From a virus (lineage: Duplodnaviria; Caudoviricetes), in the IMG/VR virus record IMGVR_UViG_3300048598_000499, positions 1 through 34,694 of that record: 34,694 nt of DNA; one strand, given 5' to 3'. Within the stretch, counting starts at the first letter, position 1, and each line of letters begins with the position of its first letter. A program made the position numbers and the translations under genes. Shown here in pieces: positions 1 through 9,500 of the stretch. Below the pieces are notes generated by a model. The model searched no databases and had not been told where the DNA came from. It saw only the letters and a list, made by a program, of their open reading frames with translations.

Positions 1-315
1 TTCGTGCTTGCAGTTGATGCGGAAGACGCAGCGTTCGTCTCACTTATTTTTGCGGCTGACGCGCTGGATGATGATTCGGACGCCTTCGTGCTTGCAGTTG
101 ATGCGGAAGACGCAGCGTTCGTCTCACTTATTTTTGCGGCTGACGCGCTGGATGATGATTCGGACGCCTTCGTGCTTGCAGTTGATGCGGAAGACGCAGC
201 GTTCGTCTCACTTATTTTTGCGGCTGACGCGCTGGATGATGATTCGGACGCCTTCGTGCTTGCAGTTGATGCGGAAGACGCAGCGTTCGTCTCGCTTGTC
301 TTTGCCGCAGACGCG
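1..315. repeat. 84-bp tandem repeat (3 identical copies plus 1 partial/degenerate copy)
   Basis: The unit TTCGTGCTTGCAGTTGATGCGG... starts at 1, 85, 169 and 253. It encodes the 28-aa unit TKASESSSSASAAKISETNAASSASTAS on the minus strand. Confidence 0.95.
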
Positions 316-410
316 GAAGATATTGAATTTTCTTCGTACTCCGACAGCGCGCGGACCCGGTTCCACACTGGCAGCGTCATGCTGCATGATGCACTGCTCT
401 CTTTTCCCAT
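1..410 (-). CDS. Ser/Ala-rich repeat tail fibre-like protein (N-terminal part, runs off the window edge)
   Basis: ATG at 410 directly follows the upstream stop at 411. The frame is open to the window edge: MGKESSASCSMTLPVWNRVRALSEYEENSISSASAAKTSETNAASSASTASTKASESSSS..., resembling the Ala/Ser repeats of lambda Stf-type fibres. Absent from the ORF track because it is truncated. Confidence 0.7.
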   Translation of the reverse strand, partial: MGKESSASCSMTLPVWNRVRALSEYEENSISSASAAKTSETNAASSASTASTKASESSSSASAAKISETNAASSASTASTKASESSSSASAAKISETNAASSASTASTKASESSSSASAAKISETNAASSASTAST

Positions 411-752
411 TTACTGCCCCACCATCTCGAAGTCAACCGTACCGCTTTCGACGGATATTCTGTAGGCCATGCAGCATGCCGTGTATGTGTCTGTGTTGTC
501 TTCAGTAAGATTTGTTTTTCCTTCAGCCTTGTACCAGACGGCAGCGTCCCCGTCACCGGAGGCCGACGGGCTGTTTGACGCGCAGATCGAGTAGTTTGCA
601 GGAGACGCCACGATGTGGCACATGATCGACACGCATCCGAGCCGGTCGGGGCACTCGATCACCGCGTAGTGCCCGGCGTTCACCGTGCCCTGAGCTGCGA
701 CCCTGCTTGATCCCCGGTACGTGCCGGGCGTATAGCACTTTTCAAGAGTCAT
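411..752 (-). CDS. Hypothetical phage protein, possibly a small beta-rich tail component
   Basis: 113-aa ORF with an ATGA overlap to the upstream ORF; abuts the fibre gene. Confidence 0.7.
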   Translation of the reverse strand: MTLEKCYTPGTYRGSSRVAAQGTVNAGHYAVIECPDRLGCVSIMCHIVASPANYSICASNSPSASGDGDAAVWYKAEGKTNLTEDNTDTYTACCMAYRISVESGTVDFEMVGQ

Positions 753-925
753 TTCTGGCCGTCCTTAATTGATTTGACCGCAGGCGTTACAAGATGGGCT
801 TTCTTTTTCTTAGAAACAACAGTTTCCTGTGCGAACGCGATTACAAGGCGCTTGTATACGCTCACTGCCGGATCCTTGCCCACGAGCGTGAAAATGTCCA
901 TAGCGAGCTGGCTGTCTATCTGCAT
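749..925 (-). CDS. Small hypothetical protein (58 aa)
   Basis: GGAGG RBS (932-936) precedes ATG at 925; the stop overlaps the next ATG. Confidence 0.6.
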   Translation of the reverse strand: MQIDSQLAMDIFTLVGKDPAVSVYKRLVIAFAQETVVSKKKKAHLVTPAVKSIKDGQK

Positions 926-1033
926 AGATTGCCTCCTGCAGACAGCATCGCACGGAGAGAACGTTTTTGTTATATGTGATCGAAAAAAAATTAGAAAAGA
1001 GTACACCATAAAACAGAGAATTGTTGAATGTAG

Positions 1034-1062
1034 TTGAAAAAATAAGAATATACGAGTATAGT
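1034..1062 (+). promoter_or_regulatory. Sigma70-type promoter for the lipoprotein gene (probably a leaderless transcript)
   Basis: TTGAAA (1034-1039), 17-bp spacer, TATAGT (1057-1062). The ATG lies 7 nt further on at 1070, with no SD. Confidence 0.65.
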
Positions 1063-1069
1063 TTTAATT

Positions 1070-1588
1070 ATGAATAAAAAAACTTTATACATTATATATT
1101 TTTCTACTCTTTTGTTTCTGAGTTGCAGTTTCAGTAATACGGATTCTACAACTGATAAAGTATATGATCATATTTTTTACAATGACTCAACATATATGGT
1201 GCAGTGCACAATTGACGGAGCATCATATACAATTAATGCTGGTGATAGTCTTACTGTAAGAGGATCATATTCTCTGCAAATTGAAATTATAGGACATCCA
1301 AGGGTTACTCTTATGGGTACTAGAAATGGAGTTTTTACAGAGCATGTAAGTTCTTTCGTTAATATGACTGCATATACATATTCTGTATTCAATTCTTCAG
1401 CATACACTATAACTCTTTCAGAATCTAATGGAGCGTTAACTGATTCTTACGGAGGAACAGTCACTGTAACAGCCGGCAGTACTGCAACAGTTACAATATA
1501 TTCAAAGTCACCATCATTAACTGCGATTTATGAAAACACATATCCCGCCAACTGTGTAGTTTCAAATTATAAAATAACTCTTTATTAA
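1070..1588 (+). CDS. Lipoprotein moron (possible superinfection-exclusion or receptor-blocking protein)
   Basis: MNKK, a hydrophobic core and an LLFLS-C lipobox in spirochaete style. Very AT-rich; the only convincing plus-strand gene. It has two similar beta-rich halves (FYNDSTY..TINAGDSLTV / VFNSSAY..TVTAGSTATV). Function is inference. Confidence 0.8.
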   Translation: MNKKTLYIIYFSTLLFLSCSFSNTDSTTDKVYDHIFYNDSTYMVQCTIDGASYTINAGDSLTVRGSYSLQIEIIGHPRVTLMGTRNGVFTEHVSSFVNMTAYTYSVFNSSAYTITLSESNGALTDSYGGTVTVTAGSTATVTIYSKSPSLTAIYENTYPANCVVSNYKITLY

Positions 1589-3519
1589 TATCCAGTTATT
1601 TTTAAAAACCCATCACTATTAACCCATACAGCATAACTATCTGTAGGCGCAGTTTCTGGCAGATCTTTTAAATACATTGACTTTGCATTTCCTAAAGGAA
1701 CTTCAATATATATATTTTTTGTAACAGATTCATCTTTGGAACCTATAACAATTGTACTGTCATTCAAAAAAATTCGCATATAATTAGGCGAAGGATAATG
1801 TGCATTATCTTTCATAATATTATATACTTGTATGTCTCCATAAAACGAATTTTTACTGCATGTATACAAAACGTTAATTTTTAAACAAACTGTTTTTAAC
1901 TTATTCCATGCAACTAGACCTGTTTCACCAGCGATTACTTCTTCACTTTTTAATAGATTTCCTGAATTTAACAAAAGTAAATTTCCTGCTTGTATCTCTC
2001 CGTTAAAAATTGAGTTACCTCCTATAAAAATATCACTTAAAAATCCTCCTACAGCCTTAATAGCTCCACTGTCTCCGTCAAACAAAAATCCCGACTCCGG
2101 AATGCCGTTGCTGTCCGCGTCTGCATAGTTGGCGCTCTTAACCGCTCCTCCGTTTTTGAGCGTCAGCGTTTTCGTAAAAATGTCGTCCACGTCAATCAGG
2201 TCTGTCTTTATTTTTCCGCCGTCTATAACGGTGCTTCCTGCTTCTGCGGAGGCACTCAGCGCCGCAATAAGCGCGGAGACATCATCGGACACGCTTTCGG
2301 CGGCAGAATCTGTGTACTCTTTGGCCGCAGAATAGTCAGTGTTCGCCGCATTGAGCTTGCCGTTTGTGAATATGCTCTTGCCGTCGATCATGATCTGGTC
2401 GGCCTTGAGCATGATGCTGCTCTGTATCTTTCCGGCGGCCACGAGCGCGTTGTACAGCAGCTGCAGTGTTGCGGTCTCCGCGGCAGGATCAAGCAGATAC
2501 GTCTCGCTGTCAAACACGGCCGCCACATGCGTGTAGCACGCCTGCATGTATCCTTGAACCGTATCGCTCACAGCGCACAGCTCCGCGTACTCGCTGTCCG
2601 TGAGCATCACCGGAACTCCCACGCTCAGGCTCATGTACGCGCTGGCGGTCTGCGCCTGGACAAGAGCCGCTATGCGCGTCTTCTGCAGCGCTACCGCGCT
2701 CCCGAGATTCTCGCCGTACGCGACGGCGGCCGTAATGCGGTCGGCCTCAACCTTGATTTCCGCCGCGACCTTCTCGTCAAGGTCCGCGACTTTGATCGAG
2801 GCGCAGTCGGTGCTCAGGCTTATTCCGGCCTGCAGCTTGCGCACGGCGTCGTCCACCATTGCCACGACAGCATTTGTCGCGAATCCGTTCGCAGCGTCCG
2901 TGAAGACATCCTGCAGATCTGACCGCAGGCCGCTTGCCAGCTTGTCCGCATCGATCATGCCGTCAAGCCACTCTCCTTCCTTGATTGTCTTCACAGCCGT
3001 CTCAATTTTCTCATCTACTTCTGCGGCGATGCTGCTTATCACCTGCGCGTCAATGACAGCCTGCAAATTCGACAGCGATGTGTAGTATGTCTGCCACATG
3101 CCGTTGAATCCGTCCCGGTCGCTCACCTCCGTCGGTGACTCCATGTCGTCAAACAGCTTTAGTTGCGTGTAGAGCATGCGGTACAGGTTGGCGTACGCCG
3201 TCTTGTACGCGGTGAGAGTCGCGTTGTCCGGAGGTATGCCCGCGTCAAGCGCGGCCTGCGCCTGCACCGGCTCCGCTGTTTTTATTGCACTGAATTCCTT
3301 GAGCAGCGTCTGCTTCTCGGCCGGAGATATTATGCCGTCGCTTGTGAGCGCGCTCCAGAAGTCCGATACATCGCCGACGGCCTTGTCGATTTTCGAGCTT
3401 GTCTCTGCGACGGCCTGATAGACGCGGCTCACGGCAGGACCTGATATGTCCTCAAGAACCTTGATTCCGGCGACTACGAGGTAGTCCTCGCTCATGTTCT
3501 TCGTGTTTTTTCTGGCCAT
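1585..3519 (-). CDS. Tail fibre / host-specificity protein
   Basis: 644 aa, located after the ejection proteins. SDGIISPAEKQ motif, a helical region with IxxxADxI repeats and TVIDGGKIKTDLI are typical of phage tail proteins. The C-terminal ~160 aa are low GC. Confidence 0.7.
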   Translation of the reverse strand: MARKNTKNMSEDYLVVAGIKVLEDISGPAVSRVYQAVAETSSKIDKAVGDVSDFWSALTSDGIISPAEKQTLLKEFSAIKTAEPVQAQAALDAGIPPDNATLTAYKTAYANLYRMLYTQLKLFDDMESPTEVSDRDGFNGMWQTYYTSLSNLQAVIDAQVISSIAAEVDEKIETAVKTIKEGEWLDGMIDADKLASGLRSDLQDVFTDAANGFATNAVVAMVDDAVRKLQAGISLSTDCASIKVADLDEKVAAEIKVEADRITAAVAYGENLGSAVALQKTRIAALVQAQTASAYMSLSVGVPVMLTDSEYAELCAVSDTVQGYMQACYTHVAAVFDSETYLLDPAAETATLQLLYNALVAAGKIQSSIMLKADQIMIDGKSIFTNGKLNAANTDYSAAKEYTDSAAESVSDDVSALIAALSASAEAGSTVIDGGKIKTDLIDVDDIFTKTLTLKNGGAVKSANYADADSNGIPESGFLFDGDSGAIKAVGGFLSDIFIGGNSIFNGEIQAGNLLLLNSGNLLKSEEVIAGETGLVAWNKLKTVCLKINVLYTCSKNSFYGDIQVYNIMKDNAHYPSPNYMRIFLNDSTIVIGSKDESVTKNIYIEVPLGNAKSMYLKDLPETAPTDSYAVWVNSDGFLKITGY

Positions 3520-3525
3520 ATTGTC

Positions 3526-6500
3526 CTATCTCCTTCCGATAAACGCTTCCGGGTGGAATCCTTCCTCGCCGTCACCGCCGCCTATTCCTGCAGCGAGCAG
3601 CGCTTCCTTGGCTCCTGATACCGGGAGCCCCGCACCGAGAGCGAGAGCCTGCGCAAAATTCGACGCGGCTTTGTCCCAGTCTCCCTTTGACGCCTTCATT
3701 ATACCGTTCATCGCCTTGCCCGTTATAGGAAGCATGTCGCTCATGCCCTGCCCGTACGGCCAGCGGCCTGTAAGCAGTCCGTCCACCGTGCTTGTGACAA
3801 GGCTGCCGACTACCGGAACCGAGTCCGAGAACTGCGACAGCCCGTAGCTGAGAAGTTCCGCCGCTTTCTTGTCGTCGTCATCACCGCCGCCGCCAAGACC
3901 CTGTGTCACAAGCCCCGACGCGATGCCCGCAAGCACATAGCCCGCGATGCATCCGACAACCTGCTGCATCTGCCGCTGCTTGACCGCGTTCGGAACGTCA
4001 TAGCGGAGGTTCTGCCATATCACGTTGAGAGATGTCGTGAACTGCAGGAGAACGCGGCTCGCCTCGCTTCCCGGTCCGCGTTGCTTGAACATGGGCGACA
4101 GATCCGCCAGACGCGACGACGGCTGGCACATGCGGGTGGCGTCGTCGGCCTTGCGGACGGCGAGGCGCTCTATCTCGTCCTCTCCGAGGCGCGCGGACTC
4201 CGCCTCCCCGTCAATCCAGTCCATCCCCTTAACATCCTCGTATTTCATCAGGTCTTTCTTTTTTGCGTCCACAAGCTTCTGCTGCTCGCTCTCAGACGAC
4301 AGCCGCGCGTGCTCGTCGCGGTACACCGCGAGCCATCCCGGAGCGACGCATATCCAGTCCACCCATTCAAGCCCCTTCATGCCGAGCGCCTCGAAGCTGG
4401 TAAGCGCGTGCGACGCCGGATTCGAGGCCTTCTCCTTCTGCTCGTTCACAAGGTCAACCATCGGATCGAACACGCGGCTGTTCATGAACGCGCTTTTGCT
4501 CTTGATGACGTCCCTGATGTCCGGATTGCGCGCGAAGTCGAGCGCAGCCGCGGTGTACTTCATGGGAGACACGTACTGCATGTACGGCCACGGAGACGTG
4601 CAGAACTGCTTTACGATGCTGCTTGTCTTCCATGCAAGGTATGCCGGAGCAGTCCTGCCGCGCAGCATGTGTATCACGCGGTCAAGCTCGCTTTTCGCGG
4701 CTCCCGCGTCGGGGTTCGCCACTTCCTTGATATAATTGTCGAGATACGGGTACACCGCGTCCCCGTAGCGGTTGGTCATGAGCTGGCGCATCGCTCCCGC
4801 GTCGCGGCTCATGTATATGCGGTTCAGGTCGCGCACGTACTGCGCGTAGGCCACAAAATGCTCGGTGCGCTGCACGCTGTCCGCCCATGTCGAGTAGAGA
4901 CCGGTCTCCACCGGCTTCTGGTTCGCGGGCGATATCTCGATGCGCTTCTGCGTCATGCCCTTGCCCACATAGTTTCCGGCCGTGCCTGTTCCGGAAGCGC
5001 TGCCGAGAAGATCCTCCTTCACGCGGTTTGCGTTCGTGTCTCCGCTCGACTCGAGGCGTATGAGCGGCACGTAGTTGCTCACGCGCCATACCGGCGCATT
5101 GAACTCATTGATGCTCACTTCGTTCATCCTGTCGAACTGCTCCGCGTAGTCCTGCTGTATGGCAGCCATGAGCGCGCGCACGCTGTCCGGAAGGGCTTTC
5201 GCCGCGGCAAGCGCTTGCGAGAATTTATACTCCGCCCTGCGTTCGTAATCGGACTGCAGCTTCGGGCTTCCGCGGTACAGCGACTTCACGGTCTCGTCGT
5301 ACATATTGCCGCATGCGACGGCCATGCGCGACTGCGGATCCTTCGACGCGGCCTCGAAGAAAAGAAGCTCGTCTACGGTGTATGACTGCCTTCCGTCCCC
5401 CATGTCCACGTCAATCTTTTTATACAGGTCTCCGATGGAAACGCCGTTCTTTTTCATCGCCTCTGAAATCTTTTCCGTGCGCTTGTTGATCGCGCGCTGC
5501 TCCGCGTTGAAGCACTCGTCCTCGCGGTAGTAGAGCTGAGTGGTGTTAACGCCCTCAGTTCCTCCGTCGAGCATGCGCGCGACCCGCCGGATGTTCGCGT
5601 CGCCGTAGCCGGTAAGAATACGGCGGAACATTCCCTGTCTTTGGGCGCTTGCCGCGAGCGTTCCCTTCGTGGGGCTGCCCGTTCCGAGAATCTTCGGAAG
5701 CATTTTCTCTCTGAACTTTTCTTTGTCGCGCTGCTTGCGCTCCTTCTCTTCCGGCGTATCGTCCGGATTTATGACGATGCCTGATGACTTGAGCGCGCCT
5801 TCTATGTCCGCCCTCGCGCGCTCCGCCTGCTCGATGCGCGCCTCCTGCTTGACTTTGAGCGCCTGACGGCCTTCCCTGAACAGCGCGTTAACTGTATCGG
5901 TGAGACCCTCCATCTCCTCAAGCGTCCACAGCTTCAGGTTCTTGCGCGTAAGAAGCGCAAGCTGGTCGGCGGGCAGCGTGTCCTTAAGCAGTCTCTGCAC
6001 CTCCTCGCTCTGGAGGTCAAGCTGAAGGCTTCCCTCCCGGTCCTTCTCGAGCTTGTCAAGGTTAAGCTGCTCTATCCAGTCCGTGCGCGGCAGCGAGCGG
6101 GCGGCAAGGCTCTTCTCCTCGTCCGTCCACTTGTCGTACTGCTTCGTGTCGAATATCTCGAGCACGCGCCTGAGGTTGCGGCTACGCGCTGCTTCTGCTA
6201 TCGTCTTGAGCTTTTCTCTGTAATCAAAGTCAGTGCGGTACCTGCTGTACGCCTCGCGCAGGTACGGCCCCTCTATGTCGATGAATCTGTTCACCATTGA
6301 GCGCAGCACAGGGCTGAACAGCGACTGGACAGCGATGATTTTTCTTCCTGCCGTATAGTCAACACTCTTGAAGTCGACTTTATGCATGACGTTCTTAATC
6401 AGACGCAGCTTTATGTCGCGGACACCCTCGAGCTGGCTTCTTGCCTTCTGCGCGGCGGTGATGTCCTCCTTGGCCTTCTCAAGAGCCGCGTTCCGTTTCA

Positions 6501-9500
6501 AAAGCTGCGCCTCGCTGTCCGTCTTCTCGCTCATCAGGTCGTCATAATGCTTCTGCAGCCCCGCAATCTCGAGGTCATAGCCCTCCGTGAGCCTGGAGAG
6601 ATTGTCCATGCTCATCTGCATCTTGCCGCTCCTGAGCTCTTTCTTCAGGTCCTCGAAGTCGAGCCTGTCCGCCACTGCGCGGCGCTGCTCAGGCGTGAGC
6701 GCCTCCACCTCCTCTTCCGGGCTTGCTATGCGCACCGCGAGCCTGTGTGAAGATGTATCATTTTGTGCAACTTTCCACTCGTTACTGCCCGTTATGTCGG
6801 CATACAGCGCGCGGTAGTCGCGCTTCGCCCTGTTCATGAGCGTCATAAGAGTCTTGCGCTGCCGGTCTGTTATGCCGGTATCGCTCTCGTTCTGGTTCCT
6901 GTACGCCTTGTACAGCGACGTCTGCCAAGTGCCGTGCTTGAGCTCCGTGAAGCCTCTCTCCTTGAGCGCCTGCCGGCTCTGCATCTCTGCCGCCTCGTCC
7001 GCGTCCTGCGGCTGCCGCAGGCTTCCGAACATGATGTTGCCCGCGAGCTTGAGGAATTCGTCAAGCTTTCCCGGCTCCTGCATCATCGCGTACCACTGCC
7101 GGTCTGTCCCGTCGGCGTCCGCCGCGGCCTGCGGTTTCTCCGCCGCCGTTCCTTTCTCGGCGTTCCCGTCGCTGTATGTTTTCTGCTCTTCTATTTTCCG
7201 CGCCTTGCTCCATGCGGTCTCGTACCATGCGTCGTCCGCGGCTTCCGGAACTATGCTGTCCGCGCTTCCGTCAAACATCGTGTTAAGGTAGTCCTTCCAT
7301 TCCTGCCAGCTGCCGAACGATGCGGCGTCACGCATGAGCTCATCTTCTGTCTGGAAGAGAATTGTTTGTCTTTCTCGCTCTGTATCCTCTGTCTCAGCCA
7401 GCAGGCGGCGGACGCGCTCTTCATGGCTCATATGTATGCGGTTCTGCGTGTTGCGCGCCTCAACCTCTCCGGAAAGGTTTCTGTACTGCTTGAGTCTTTC
7501 CTCATGCCCGTATTCGTCGCCAAGTTTTTCAACAGCAGGAGTTCCGCCTTTCGCAAATCCCTCTATATGCTGGACTGCATGCTGCAGCTCATGGATAAGC
7601 ACGCTTCTGGCTTCCGGTGTTGGAGAGAAAACAGTTCTCTGCGTGCTTCGGCTGTTAAGTTTTATGTATTCTTTCCCTGCATCTGTTGCGTAAAAAGTAC
7701 GGTCAGCACTATCTATGCGTTTTTCCTGTTCTTCCTCGGTGCCGCTTTCGTCATTGTAGGCCGCAGTCCATTTCTTCCATTCATCAGTCTCTTCAATCTG
7801 TTTTTCGGACTGTTCATATGCGGGAGAGATGCTGCGGAAAAGGCTTTCGTCCATTATGATTGTCTTGTCACTGGCATCAAACTCTCCGTGCGTGTCACCG
7901 TCTGTTGTCTGCAGGATAACATCGTAGTCCGCGATCTGCGGATACGCCTTGAGAAGACCCCCTTTATCATCGACAAGATCTTTAACTTTAATTGAGCGGT
8001 AGCTCTGCTTCTCTCCGAAAATCTCTGCTGTTTTTGATGCAGGAGAAGCGTCTTTCCTTATTTCTAAGTCCGGTATTTCGTACCGCAATTTTCCGTCGGC
8101 ACCGCGCTCCCACCCAGTTGCAAGCCTTACAGACTTTGCATCTTTTCCTGATTCCTCCATTTCTTCCGCAGTAACAAGACTGTCGATGCGGACCGTCTTA
8201 TCCTCCGCGCGGTCGAGAGTCTCCGCACCTGCGCGGCCGACAATCTGGAAAAGAAGTTCAGGATGAAAAAGCTTGACAGATTTGAGCCACTGGTATATTT
8301 TATCTTTAGAAAGGCTTGTTGATTCGCTACCAGTGTTTGTACCGCCGACGTAAGAATCATTCAGGCCTTTTCTTATGTCAGCGATATCTGTGTTCTGCAT
8401 ATCATAATAGAAAGTTCCATCGTTTCCTTCTCTTATAAGTATTCTGAGAATGCTTTCATTTCCGTCTTTGGTTATTTTAATTCCATAATTAAAAAACTTC
8501 TTAGTATCAGCAGCTGTATAATGAGTTGGATTCTCGTCAAACAAAAACAATGCATTGCTTACGAGTTCTCTTAATTGAGGAATTACCTCAAGAAGTATGC
8601 GTTTGCTACTGTGATTTTTTACCTCTTTGAATCCTCTTCTGGAAAACACAATTACTTTTCCATCTCTGGTTGCAACCGGGTTAAGAGATGAATAAACAGA
8701 TTTTGCTTTCATCCTTAATTGTTCAATTGGCAATTCAGTATAATCATTTTTATTAATAACAAAAGCATTGCTTCCCGACAGTGTGACAGCTTTGTCATAA
8801 TCGTTATTTAAATAGATATCAGCTCTTTTGTGTTCCGCAGCATCCATAGCGGCCGCCGTTTTTTCTGCGGCCGTCGCATGCGGGTCGCCGATTACTCTGT
8901 CCGCTTCATCTCCTGAATCAAATTCCTGTTGCGCAGATCCTGATTCAGTATATCCAGCCTTGCTTCCGCCAGCTTCTCTTCCAGCGTCTCCAGGCTTTTC
9001 TTTTCCCGCGCCTTCGCCATGCCCTGTCTCTGCACTCTTCCCGGTTCCTTGTTTTCTTCCATCATCATTGACTGTATCCTCCTGCGCTGTCCGCGCCTTG
9101 TTCTCCTCATTAAACGATTCCCTGCTTCCTTTCCGCTTCTGCGCTGCCTGAACGGCGCGCTCTGCCTGCGCAAGACCTGTCCCGTCGTCCGCAAGCAGGC
9201 TGTCGTACACCGCCTTGAGCTGCGGGTTGATGTCGACGTGTCCCTGGAATCCGCGCATGACGCCAGCAATGTACTCGGCCGCGCGGCGGAACAGCTCCTT
9301 CAGCCCTTCGCTCGGCGCCTTGCCGGTACGCAAGTAGTCCACGAATCCGTCGGCGAATTTCTCCTGTGCCTCCGTGTCCCATTCCGAGCCGCCCAGCGCC
9401 TCGGATGCCTGAGCAAGCTCTTCCTCGTCCATGTTGTGCATGAAAATATGGCCCATCTCATGGGCGAACGTGTTGAAATCAGAGTGCTCCGTCACGTAGA

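Noticed and set aside
4-508. Plus-strand ORFs 4..465 and 8..508
   Set aside because: These are antisense shadows of the repeat-containing minus-strand fibre gene.
1585-2070. Diversity-generating retroelement target, given the BPP-1-like architecture
   Set aside because: No reverse transcriptase and no template/variable repeat pair differing at adenines was seen in the window. It cannot be excluded outside the window.
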